Assembly: GCA_900321865.1 (NCBI GenBank)
Contig: ONXP01000020.1
Coordinates: 1-62,347 of the forward strand
DNA: 62,347 nucleotides
Reading direction: 5' to 3'
Origin: an uncultured Elusimicrobia bacterium
Lineage (GTDB): Bacteria; RUG730
Notes under the pieces: generated by a model
Databases searched by the model: none
What the model saw: only the letters and a program-made list of their open reading frames with translations
What the model was told of the DNA's origin: nothing
Shown: positions 9,383 through 19,054 of the stretch, in pieces
Layout: each line of letters begins with the position of its first letter
How positions within the stretch are numbered: position 1 is the stretch's first letter
Made by a program: the position numbers and the translations under genes

Positions 9383-11218
9383 GTGATCGAAAATAATAAT
9401 ACTTTTGATATAATTGTAATAGGTGCAGGACATGCAGGATGCGAAGCTGCTTTAGCATCAGCCAGGTTAAATAAAAAAACAGCCTTGTTTACATTAAATC
9501 TAGATACTATTGCAAATATGCCATGTAATCCCAGCATTGGTGGAATTAGTAAAGGGCAAATCGTTAGAGAAATTGATGCTCTTGGCGGTGAAATCGGAAG
9601 AAATACAGATAAAGCTCTGATTTCTTTTAATATGATTAATATTAGCAAAGGGGCTGCTGTCATTTCACCTAGAGCTCAGTGTGATAAAATCGTTTATCAT
9701 ATTGAAATGAAAAAAACTTTAGAAAATCAAGAAAATTTATATATTAAACAAGATGAGATTATAGATATTTTAACAGAAAATGATGTAGCTTTGGGAGTTT
9801 TGTCTAAAACAAATATAAAATATTTTGCCAAAGCTATAATTTTAACCTCTGGAACATTTTTAAATGGCAAAATTTTTATAGGAAAGACCTCTTTTCCTGC
9901 GGGAAGAATGGGAGAATTCCCATCAATAGAGCTTTCTGATAATTTAGAAAAAAAAGGTTTTATTAGAACCAGGTTAAAAACTGGAACTCCTTTTAGAATC
10001 TTAAAAAACAGCATAAACTTTACAGATTTAGGAAAATATGAAGGCGATGAAAAAATAGAACCTTTTTCATTTAAAACTGATATAAACTCTTTAAAAAATC
10101 GCGATTTTTGCTATATAACCTATACTAATCAAAATACTCACGATATTATTAAACAAAATTTAAAATTTTCGCCACTTTATTCTGGAAAAATAAAAGGTAT
10201 AGGCCCCAGATATTGCCCATCTATCGAAGATAAAGTTGTAAAATTTCCAAATATGCCTAGGCATCAAATATTTTTAGAGCCAATATCTTTATATTCGAAT
10301 GAAATTTATTGCAATGGAATTTCTTCTAGCTTGCCTGAGGAAGTTCAAGTAAAATTTTTACATACCATAAAAGGTTTAGAAAATGCGATTGTAACTAGAA
10401 TTGGATATGCCATAGAATATGATTTTTTTCAGCCGACACAACTCAAACCAAATTTAGAAACTAAACTGATAAAAAATTTATTTTTTGCAGGTCAAATTAA
10501 TGGCACGACAGGATATGAAGAAGCTGCAGCTCAAGGGTTAATTGCTGGAATTAATGCTTGTAAAAAAATTGACCAAAAAGAAGATTTTATTTTAAAAAGG
10601 TATGAAGCATATATCGGAGTTTTGATAGATGACTTGGTAACGAAAGGAGTTCTAGACCCTTATAGAATGTTTACATCTCGTGCAGAATACAGGTTGATGC
10701 TGAGGCTTGATAATGTTTATAATAGACTTTTTAAATATGGCAACGATTTAGGACTAATAAAAAATGAAGATTTTATAAAATTTAAAAAATATGAAACTGC
10801 TCTAGAAAATATAAAAATAGAATTAGAAAATATAAAAGAAAAAGGGCTTAGTGAAGCTCAAAAAATTAGACAAAATATTGAATATAATGATTGGATAAAA
10901 AAGTCAAAAATTTTGAATAATTTTGACCAAAACGGATATTTTAATCAAGATAAATTAAAAAAATCAATCAATATTGAAATTCGCTATAAAGGCTACATTG
11001 ACAGACAAATAGAAGATGTTAAAAATATGGAAAAACTAGAGGCAAAAATTATTCCACAAGATTTAGATTATGAAAAAATCGTAGGGCTTTTAACAGAAAC
11101 TAAAAAAAAATTGAAAGATATTAGACCAAAAACTCTGGGACAAGCTAGCAGAATTTCTGGAGTAAATCCAACTGATATCGTTTTAATAAATATTTTTTTA
11201 AAGAAAAATTATAATTAA
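9383..11218 (+). CDS. mnmG: tRNA uridine 5-carboxymethylaminomethyl modification enzyme MnmG (GidA)
   Basis: The FAD-binding N-terminus reads FDIIVIGAGHAGCEAA. The 611-aa length and the conserved GTTGYEEAAAQG and SRAEYRL segments fit MnmG. Confidence 0.92.
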   Translation: MIENNNTFDIIVIGAGHAGCEAALASARLNKKTALFTLNLDTIANMPCNPSIGGISKGQIVREIDALGGEIGRNTDKALISFNMINISKGAAVISPRAQCDKIVYHIEMKKTLENQENLYIKQDEIIDILTENDVALGVLSKTNIKYFAKAIILTSGTFLNGKIFIGKTSFPAGRMGEFPSIELSDNLEKKGFIRTRLKTGTPFRILKNSINFTDLGKYEGDEKIEPFSFKTDINSLKNRDFCYITYTNQNTHDIIKQNLKFSPLYSGKIKGIGPRYCPSIEDKVVKFPNMPRHQIFLEPISLYSNEIYCNGISSSLPEEVQVKFLHTIKGLENAIVTRIGYAIEYDFFQPTQLKPNLETKLIKNLFFAGQINGTTGYEEAAAQGLIAGINACKKIDQKEDFILKRYEAYIGVLIDDLVTKGVLDPYRMFTSRAEYRLMLRLDNVYNRLFKYGNDLGLIKNEDFIKFKKYETALENIKIELENIKEKGLSEAQKIRQNIEYNDWIKKSKILNNFDQNGYFNQDKLKKSINIEIRYKGYIDRQIEDVKNMEKLEAKIIPQDLDYEKIVGLLTETKKKLKDIRPKTLGQASRISGVNPTDIVLINIFLKKNYN

Positions 11219-11395
11219 AATTCTACGAATCAAAGCCATTACAATCCATTTTTTGTAAAATATGAATAAACTTTAATTAAAATATTTAAAAAATTTAAAA
11301 AACTATAAACTTCAATCAAACTGTAATATAAATGCCCAAAATGTAAACTTTTAAGAATATAATTACTTTTTAAATTGTTTTATTTGTAAAAAAAT

Positions 11396-12028
11396 TTAAA
11401 TTTTTACATTACTTTGAATATCTTTTCTTTTTCTAAAAATTTTTTCTCTTTCTGAAATTTTTTGGTTTTTCTTAAACTCTAAAATAATGTCTTTTTCTAT
11501 TTTTGATTTCAAATTTTTATCTAAAAAATAAATAGTTTTATAATATTTATTGCCTACCTTTATGCTAGGATATGATACCCACTCCTCACCTTTATTTCCT
11601 CGCATAACTCCTAAAATCATAATAATTTTATTATCAAGCAAAATTTCGACATTTGCTAATCTTTTTGAATTTGGAATATAATGGATTTTTTTAATCTCAT
11701 AAATAACATTTTTAGCATTAAAAATAGATTTTTCTTCGCTATTTAGTTTAATCATATCTAAAATATATTTTTCTAAATTTAGATCAACGAAAATAATTTG
11801 GTCATAAGTATAATCATTTTTTGAGTTATAAGATGGAAATTCTATGGTTCCACTATCAAAAAGTTTAATATTTTCTATAACTAAATAGTTATTTAATACG
11901 ATTCTAACTCTAGTATAAAGATCCGTAGAAACTGATAAAATGCTACTTACCTTATAATCAATTTCCTGGGAAAACAAAGAAGATCCTAAAAAAAAACAAA
12001 AAATCAAAAAAATTTTAAATTTTTGCAT
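11396..12028 (-). CDS. Exported protein with two SpoVG-like repeats (tentative)
   Basis: It has a Sec-type signal-like N-terminus (MQKFKIFLIFCFFLGSSLFS). Two segments follow the SpoVG pattern: VRIVLNNYLVIENIKLFDSGTIEFPSY... and ANVEILLDNKIIMILGVMRGNKGEEWVSYPSIKVGNKYYKTIYFLDKNLKSKIEKDIILEF. This is pattern recognition only. Confidence 0.35.
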   Translation of the reverse strand: MQKFKIFLIFCFFLGSSLFSQEIDYKVSSILSVSTDLYTRVRIVLNNYLVIENIKLFDSGTIEFPSYNSKNDYTYDQIIFVDLNLEKYILDMIKLNSEEKSIFNAKNVIYEIKKIHYIPNSKRLANVEILLDNKIIMILGVMRGNKGEEWVSYPSIKVGNKYYKTIYFLDKNLKSKIEKDIILEFKKNQKISEREKIFRKRKDIQSNVKI

Positions 12029-12042
12029 AATTTTTCCTTAGT

Positions 12043-13155
12043 TTAATAATTATTTTTATATATATTTAACATTAATCCTATAGAAAACATACATGTACAT
12101 AAAGAACTGCCCCCAAATGACAAAAAAGGCAGTGTAATCCCCTTGGTTGGAAAAAGACCTGTCACAACAGCGATATTTATAATAGCCTGCATACTAATCA
12201 TTGACATTATACCAAAGCCTAAAATTTTTTGAAAATAATCGTTTGTAATAATAATAATTTTAGTTGAAATAAAAATTAAAGTTCCATAAAAAAATATTAT
12301 TATAAAGCTACCTATTATACCTAATTCTTCCATTATTATAGCCAAAATAAAATCCGTGTGAGCTTCTGGCAAATAATTTAATTTTAAAATGCTATTTCCA
12401 ATGCCCTTTCCTATCAAGCCAGCACTACCCATAGCAAGAAGAGATTGAACTATCTGATATCCTCCTCCCTTTACATACATAAAAGGGTTCCAAAAAGTCA
12501 TTAGCCTTTTTAATCTATAAGGCATAGAAATTATTCCATACATTTCAACAGCTATAGCACAAACAATAAAAAACAAAAGTATTTTTTTATTAAATCCAAA
12601 AACAAAAAAAATTAAAAAAAATACTCCAAAAAGCAAAATAATATTTCCAAGATCTGGCTCTTTATATATCAGAATTATTCCTATAAGTGGCAGAATTAAA
12701 CTTTTTAAAGAAGTAAAAATATTCCTCTTTATTTCATCTCTTTTTCTATCTAAAAAACCTGCTATGTATATTATAAAAAAAATTTTTGATATTTCCGAAG
12801 GTTGAATTTTTAAATTGAAAAAATATAAATTTATCCATCTTTTTGCTCCATTTACGGAATAACCTATATGTGGAACAAAAACTAAAATTAAAAGTAAAAT
12901 TGAAAATATAGCTAAAAAAATACTATTTTCTTCTAAAAACTTTAAATTTATAAAATATCCGACAAAAAGTAATATATATGATATAAATATCCAGATTAAA
13001 TGCTTTTTTAAAAAAAAGAAAGAATTCCCATACCTGGATAATGAAAGAGGCGATGTTGTGCTATAAATAAAAATAATACTAAGTATAAGTATTAAAAAAA
13101 CAACAAAATTTAAAATTTTCCCTAAATATTCATATTTTATGAAATCTTTTTGCAT
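12043..13155 (-). CDS. SEDS-family peptidoglycan polymerase (FtsW/RodA/SpoVE)
   Basis: The protein is polytopic and carries the conserved LPEAHTDFI and GLFPTKGITLPFLSFGGSS motifs. Confidence 0.85.
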   Translation of the reverse strand: MQKDFIKYEYLGKILNFVVFLILILSIIFIYSTTSPLSLSRYGNSFFFLKKHLIWIFISYILLFVGYFINLKFLEENSIFLAIFSILLLILVFVPHIGYSVNGAKRWINLYFFNLKIQPSEISKIFFIIYIAGFLDRKRDEIKRNIFTSLKSLILPLIGIILIYKEPDLGNIILLFGVFFLIFFVFGFNKKILLFFIVCAIAVEMYGIISMPYRLKRLMTFWNPFMYVKGGGYQIVQSLLAMGSAGLIGKGIGNSILKLNYLPEAHTDFILAIIMEELGIIGSFIIIFFYGTLIFISTKIIIITNDYFQKILGFGIMSMISMQAIINIAVVTGLFPTKGITLPFLSFGGSSLCTCMFSIGLMLNIYKNNY

Positions 13156-13278
13156 TATATTTTTTAAATACTGTTTTATGTAAATTTAAAAATAATTTAA
13201 CAAAATTTCTCTAAATTTTCAGATTTTATTTAAAGTATATGGATTTTATAAAAATTGTAAGTAAAAAGTGTAAAATAT

Positions 13279-15162
13279 TCAATTAATGTTTTCTTTATTT
13301 CTTTTCATTCGCCTAAAAATATAATTGCCTTTTATTTTCCTTAAAAATCCAAAAATATTAATTTTTGGCATAACGGCAATTCTTCTTATTTTAAAAAGAT
13401 TGTCAGATAAACAAAACCCAGAATATTCCGTAGTCACTGCAAATTTATAACCGACCGTTTTCAAAATTTTCTCACTATTCTCGGTAAATTCCCCAAAAGG
13501 ATAAGAGAAACTAACTAATTTTTCGCCTAAAATATTTTCTAAATAATTTTTATTTTCCAAAATTTCAGTTTTTTCTTCTTCAAATGAAAAATTTTTTAAA
13601 GAATGGTGAGTTTTGGTATGCCCTCCAAATTCTACTAAGCCAGATAACTGCATTTCTTTTATTTGCTCGATGGATAAAAGGCTAAAATTTTTTTCATTCC
13701 CTAAAATATTATTTTTATAATTTTCTGTATCCCATTTGTTATAAGTTTCATTAGTCAAATATATTACAATTTTAATATTAAATTTTTTTATCAAAGGAAA
13801 AACTGTATAATAATTATCATAATAGCCATCATCAAAAGTTAGAATTATATATTTTTTATCAAATCTATTACGAGGCTCTATTTTCTCTAAATCTCTAAAT
13901 GTTATCGGAACAAAATTTTTAGCTTTCAAAATTTTTAAATGCCGAACAAACTTTTCTTTATTTACATATATTCCATGTTTTCCTTTTTCTGCATCGCTTT
14001 CTATCACTCTATGATACATCAAAACTGGAATTTCATATTTTTTTTTCTTCACAATTTCGTGCTGATAAATTTTTTCTAATTTTTCTGCAACTATTTTTAA
14101 ATCAAATTCTTTTTTGCAAATATTAAACAATTTTTCAAAATATAAATCGGTATTTTTAAGATTTGAAATTTCTGACACAAATTTTTCAAAATCAACTTTT
14201 ATTTTTTCCCAATTAAAATTTATGTCAAATTTTAATTTTTTGTCTTTTTTGCTATCACACGAAAAATCGCCAAAATTTGTTTTAATTGCATCATAAATAT
14301 TTTCGTCTGTCAATTTTCCAAAACAAAGTTCTTCTCCTATAACAAAAGCTGGTTTTTTCATAAAAATTGCTTCTACTAGAGCCCTTCCAGAAGCGATAAC
14401 TATATCACTAAAATAAATATATTCTCTAACATCTTTTACATAACCTATAAAATTTATTTTTTCCAAAAAAGCAGAAATAACAATTTTATCTTTTTCTTTT
14501 CCGCCCAAAATGCTTACTTCATATTTATCCAAATCAATCACTTTTTCCAAAAGCCTTTTGATTATAAAACCTTTATACCCAGACAAACGACCTATAATAC
14601 AAATTTTCTTTTTTTTAAATTTTTGAATTCCTTGATCTTGATTTTGATTGTGAAAATTTTGAATATTTGAATAATTATTATATTTATCAATATCAATTCC
14701 ATTTTTAAGAACTATTATTTGGTTTTCTTTGACATAAAAATCTTTACACAGATGTTTTTTCAATTCTTCGTTTACCGCAATAGTTTTATCGCCAAAAGCC
14801 TTAAAAATTAGACGCGAAATTGATTTTTTGGACTGTCTGCCATGAATGGTAGCTATATGAGGAATATTGCAGATTTTTGTTGCAATTTCTAGTGGCCAGC
14901 TAGAAGCTCTAGAATTAGAATTGGCTAAATGTATTTTATATTTTTTGATTAGTTTAACTAATTTATAAATATGAGAAATCCTACTAAAAAGACTTCTTTT
15001 ATTAAATTTTATACAAAAAATTTTTGCTTCTGTTTTAGTGCTAAAAGTATCGCTAGCTATAAAAACTTTGTTACCCTTTTTTATTAACTCACTGGCAATA
15101 GTAGCAGCATAAGTTTCTGCTCCAGTTACTTCTAATTGAGATAAACACAATAAAATATTCAT
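13279..15162 (-). CDS. Fusion protein: GT-B (GT4-like) glycosyltransferase plus CE4/NodB polysaccharide deacetylase
   Basis: The N-terminal ~370 aa resemble a GT4-type transferase (LEVTGAETYA..., GRALVEA). The C-terminal ~250 aa carry NodB motifs (ILTFDDGYYDNY, GGHTKTHHSL). No TM segment is evident. Confidence 0.7.
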   Translation of the reverse strand: MNILLCLSQLEVTGAETYAATIASELIKKGNKVFIASDTFSTKTEAKIFCIKFNKRSLFSRISHIYKLVKLIKKYKIHLANSNSRASSWPLEIATKICNIPHIATIHGRQSKKSISRLIFKAFGDKTIAVNEELKKHLCKDFYVKENQIIVLKNGIDIDKYNNYSNIQNFHNQNQDQGIQKFKKKKICIIGRLSGYKGFIIKRLLEKVIDLDKYEVSILGGKEKDKIVISAFLEKINFIGYVKDVREYIYFSDIVIASGRALVEAIFMKKPAFVIGEELCFGKLTDENIYDAIKTNFGDFSCDSKKDKKLKFDINFNWEKIKVDFEKFVSEISNLKNTDLYFEKLFNICKKEFDLKIVAEKLEKIYQHEIVKKKKYEIPVLMYHRVIESDAEKGKHGIYVNKEKFVRHLKILKAKNFVPITFRDLEKIEPRNRFDKKYIILTFDDGYYDNYYTVFPLIKKFNIKIVIYLTNETYNKWDTENYKNNILGNEKNFSLLSIEQIKEMQLSGLVEFGGHTKTHHSLKNFSFEEEKTEILENKNYLENILGEKLVSFSYPFGEFTENSEKILKTVGYKFAVTTEYSGFCLSDNLFKIRRIAVMPKINIFGFLRKIKGNYIFRRMKRNKENIN

Positions 15163-15193
15163 TTTTACCTAAAATTTTTAACAATTAAATAAA

Positions 15194-17314
15194 TCATAAA
15201 TCAAAACCATCATAAATATTTCTAATCTGCAAAAATTTATACCCTTTATTTTTCAATAAATACGTCCAGGATCTCTCTATAGCATGTAAAATAGTATTAT
15301 CTAACTGCCCTTTTTCACTAGGAAAATCATTTTCTTTAATATTACAAATTTTTTCTATAGAATCACATCTCGCCCAAAACATATTTCCCGCTGGAAAAAT
15401 AATATCGTCTGTTTCTTTTAGTTCTATATTTTTATCAATTTTTTCTAAAAAATTTTTACAATATGGAAAGTTTACACCAAAATTCATAAATTCTTTCAAA
15501 CAACCAAAACATTCTGGGAAAATCATTCCAATATTTTTATCTTTTTCAAAAAAATCCAGTATTTCATAAATTACATTACTAGATCCTAAAAGATTCTTAT
15601 ATAAATATTGTCGCCATTTTTCCCCTAAATCTGTTTTTTGATAACTTGTTTTTTTTGTATGAATATGGCAAATATATTTATATTTTTCTTTTATTTTTGT
15701 AAATTGCCTAATGAAAGGATAAACATCTCTCCCTTTATTTTCAAAAATATCAATATAAATATTTTTTAGATTTTTTAAATTGTTCTGTTCAGAAAAATAG
15801 TTGTTTATAAATTCTTTTTTTAAATCTAGATCCGTTGTTATATATAAATCAAAACAAAAAGGAATATTTTCTAAAAACTTTTTAATTTCTATTACTAAAT
15901 CCTCATAAAAAATATGAACCTGAATAGCAATCTTTGTTCCAATATTTAACTCATTAAATAAAAGTTCTTGATCTTTTTCTAATACTCCATCCCCTATATA
16001 AAATACATTTTCTCTATATTTGCCTACTTCGCTATAAGGTTTATCAAAAATTGCCCTAGATAATGTATTAATAGCATGATAGCCAAATTTTTTATCCGGC
16101 TCCAGATAATCTCCCTCCGCCCATTCATTCCATGCATTTACAAACATAAATCTATTTTCTGGTTTATAATGCTTTCTATCATAATAAATGTTTAATTTAT
16201 TAATTTTATAAAAATCATAAAAGGAAAAGTTATTAAAAATATAAGCATTATGTTTCATTCTGGCAGAATTATCAAACCCTAGCATTGCTCCTGGAAAATA
16301 CAAAAGATCCTTTGGCTGATCTCCTAAAATATTAGGAAAATATGTTAAAAGATTTTTATAATTCGGAAAATAAATATGAACTTTGTTTACATCCACTCCA
16401 TTAGTTTCAATATTCACTCTAGGAGGAAAAAAATATTTTCCATCTATTGCCTCATCTATGTTTAATTTTTTAAATTCATCATTATCAAGTAAAACTGCTA
16501 ATATAAAAATTTCACCTATTCCTAACATCTTTGCTTTTTTTCGCCAAACTTTTACTACATCTTTAAAATTAGGAATTTGAACCGGAAGATATACCTCTAT
16601 TACAGGCTTTCCATCAATTTTTATATATCTACTATCCAGCATATACTTTTTTAAATCTAGAATAAAATTTTCTGGATCTTCTATTTTATATTCTTGCTTC
16701 ATTAAAATTTTTTTATTCTGCCCGTCCCATCTTCTAGTCCAATTTTCATTCGCCCAGACTAACATAAAAGGAAAATCTATTTCTTTATGCTTTAAAAAAT
16801 TATCAATCGGCTTTTCTAAAAGTTTTTTCCCGCTAAACCAATAATAATAAAAAGCAAAACCGTATATTCCGTGCTCTTTGGCTAAGGAAACTTGTTTTTT
16901 CATTACTTCTATATTTTCTAAGTTGTAGTAACCAAAATCTTCGTGAGGCTCTCTAGGCATATAATGACCATAAAAAAATGACTTTGACTTTTTTACATTA
17001 GTCCATTCTGTAAAACCTTTGCCCCAAAATTTATCATTCTCCGGGATACAATGAAATTGCGGAAGATATAGACAAATTGTTTTTATGTCAGTTTTATAAT
17101 TTGAAAAATCTATATTTTCTTCATATTCTTCTTCTAAATTATTATAACAAAAAAAGTCTATTTTATTGTTATTCAACAATACCTTTTTATTTAGTCTTAT
17201 TTCCTTTATTTTATTAATATATTTTTGCTTCTTTTTAGGCTTAATATATTTTTTTATATTAAAATATGCCTTTTTTATATTCAATAAAAAGATTTTTATT
17301 TGAACTAAAATCAT
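15194..17314 (-). CDS. Two-domain surface-polysaccharide enzyme: WbsX-like N-terminal half plus RgpF (rhamnan synthesis F)-like C-terminal half
   Basis: The N-terminal half has FWGKGFTEWTNV and NAWNEWAEGDYLEPD, which are WbsX-family hallmarks. The C-terminal half has NKGRDVYPF and FPAGNMFWAR, which are RgpF-family hallmarks. Its ATG overlaps the pgi stop by 4 nt. Confidence 0.6.
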   Translation of the reverse strand: MILVQIKIFLLNIKKAYFNIKKYIKPKKKQKYINKIKEIRLNKKVLLNNNKIDFFCYNNLEEEYEENIDFSNYKTDIKTICLYLPQFHCIPENDKFWGKGFTEWTNVKKSKSFFYGHYMPREPHEDFGYYNLENIEVMKKQVSLAKEHGIYGFAFYYYWFSGKKLLEKPIDNFLKHKEIDFPFMLVWANENWTRRWDGQNKKILMKQEYKIEDPENFILDLKKYMLDSRYIKIDGKPVIEVYLPVQIPNFKDVVKVWRKKAKMLGIGEIFILAVLLDNDEFKKLNIDEAIDGKYFFPPRVNIETNGVDVNKVHIYFPNYKNLLTYFPNILGDQPKDLLYFPGAMLGFDNSARMKHNAYIFNNFSFYDFYKINKLNIYYDRKHYKPENRFMFVNAWNEWAEGDYLEPDKKFGYHAINTLSRAIFDKPYSEVGKYRENVFYIGDGVLEKDQELLFNELNIGTKIAIQVHIFYEDLVIEIKKFLENIPFCFDLYITTDLDLKKEFINNYFSEQNNLKNLKNIYIDIFENKGRDVYPFIRQFTKIKEKYKYICHIHTKKTSYQKTDLGEKWRQYLYKNLLGSSNVIYEILDFFEKDKNIGMIFPECFGCLKEFMNFGVNFPYCKNFLEKIDKNIELKETDDIIFPAGNMFWARCDSIEKICNIKENDFPSEKGQLDNTILHAIERSWTYLLKNKGYKFLQIRNIYDGFDL

Positions 17315-18924
17315 ATATTTTTATACCACTTTATGGCATTGTTAGTAGAAGAATCGTGGTTTAATTCTAAAGAATTTTGAATTTCTTTTAATATTTTTTT
17401 AGCACAAACTTTCCCCAGCTGCACTCCCCATTGGTCAAATGAAAAAATATTCCAGATAATGCCTTGAACAAAAATTTTATGCTCATATAAAGCCACAAGT
17501 TCGCCAAAAGTCTTAGGACTAAGCTCAGTGATTAAAATTTTATTGCTAGGTCTATTTCCTTCAAATGTTTTATGCTTAGCTAAAAATTCATCTTTTGTTT
17601 CCGTTTCTAAAACTTCTTCAAATGTTTTTCCAAAGCAAAGTGCCTCAGCCTGGGCAAACATATTAGAAATTAGTCTATCGTGGCTATCTTTTTCTCCGTT
17701 TAAATCTTTTCTAAATCCTATAAAATCGACAGGAACTATTTTTGTCCCCTGATGAATAAGTTGATAAAATGCATGTTGCCCGTTTGTCCCTGGCTCTCCC
17801 CAGAGAATTGGGCCAGTTTCCAGTTTTACTTTATCGCCATTTTTATCGATGCTTTTTCCATTGCTTTCCATATCTAATTGCTGCAAATATGCTGGAAATC
17901 TAGATAAATATTCATCGTATGGTAAAATTGCTATATTATTGTATCCTAAAAAATTATTGTTCCAAATCCCTATAAGTGCCAAAATCACAGGCAAATTTTC
18001 ACTAAAATCTGCATTTAAAAAATGCATATCCATTTCATGATAACCCTTTAACATTTCATAAAAATTATCATAACCAATAGATATCATTAAACTAAACCCT
18101 ATTGCACTGGTTAAAGAATACCTCCCTCCAACAAAATCCCAAAATTCTAAAATATTGTCTGGATCTATCCCAAATTTTTTCACTTCACCTGCATTAGTAG
18201 AAACTGCAATAAAATGTTTTTTAATAGATTCTATATCTTTCATAGAAGCTAAAATCCATTTTTTAGCAAGATTTGCATTTGCCATAGTTTCTTCCGTCGT
18301 AAAAGTTTTTGACGAAATTATAAAAAGAGTTTCTTCTGGATCAAAAAATTTTACATCTTCATAAAAATTCGTCTCGTCGACATTTGAGATAAATCTAAAA
18401 TTTAAATCTCTATTTGAATATTTTTTTAAAGCAAGTTGTGCCATCTTTGGCCCTAAGTCTGATCCTCCAATCCCAATATTGACAATATTTTTTATTTTTT
18501 TACCTGTAAAGCCTTTCCATTCACCTTTAATAATCTTATTAGACAAGTTTTTCATTTTTTCTAAAACTTGATTAATTTCTGTCATTACATCTTTTCCGTC
18601 TACATAAATAGGGTTATTTGATACATTTCTAAGAGCAGTATGAAGAACTGCCCTTGACTCTGTAATATTTATTTTTTCTCCGGAAAACATTTTTTTTATT
18701 TCATTTTTTAGGTCGCTACTTTCTGCTAAATTAAAAAGAGCTTTCATAATATCTTTATTTATTCTATTCATAGAATAATCAATAGTAATATCACTAAAAG
18801 ATTGGGTAAAGTCATTGGCTCTAGATTTATCTAAAAACAAATCTCTCATCGAAATTTTTTTAATTTTTTGAGCTTCTTTTTCCAAAAAAGACCAATTATC
18901 TTTAAAAATTTTTTCATCTCTCAT
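17311..18924 (-). CDS. pgi: Glucose-6-phosphate isomerase
   Basis: IGIGGSDLGP, FVGGRYSLTSAIG and GEPGTNGQHAFYQLIHQG are present. The protein is 537 aa. Confidence 0.92.
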   Translation of the reverse strand: MRDEKIFKDNWSFLEKEAQKIKKISMRDLFLDKSRANDFTQSFSDITIDYSMNRINKDIMKALFNLAESSDLKNEIKKMFSGEKINITESRAVLHTALRNVSNNPIYVDGKDVMTEINQVLEKMKNLSNKIIKGEWKGFTGKKIKNIVNIGIGGSDLGPKMAQLALKKYSNRDLNFRFISNVDETNFYEDVKFFDPEETLFIISSKTFTTEETMANANLAKKWILASMKDIESIKKHFIAVSTNAGEVKKFGIDPDNILEFWDFVGGRYSLTSAIGFSLMISIGYDNFYEMLKGYHEMDMHFLNADFSENLPVILALIGIWNNNFLGYNNIAILPYDEYLSRFPAYLQQLDMESNGKSIDKNGDKVKLETGPILWGEPGTNGQHAFYQLIHQGTKIVPVDFIGFRKDLNGEKDSHDRLISNMFAQAEALCFGKTFEEVLETETKDEFLAKHKTFEGNRPSNKILITELSPKTFGELVALYEHKIFVQGIIWNIFSFDQWGVQLGKVCAKKILKEIQNSLELNHDSSTNNAIKWYKNI

Positions 18925-19054
18925 AAATATCTCCAGATAATTTGTTATAAATTAATTGAATTTTTTTTAATTTTATAATACTTTTTTTGTAAATTTTTTA
19001 TATATTTTTATTTAAATCGTATTAAATTTATAAAAGTTACCTTTTTTATTATTT

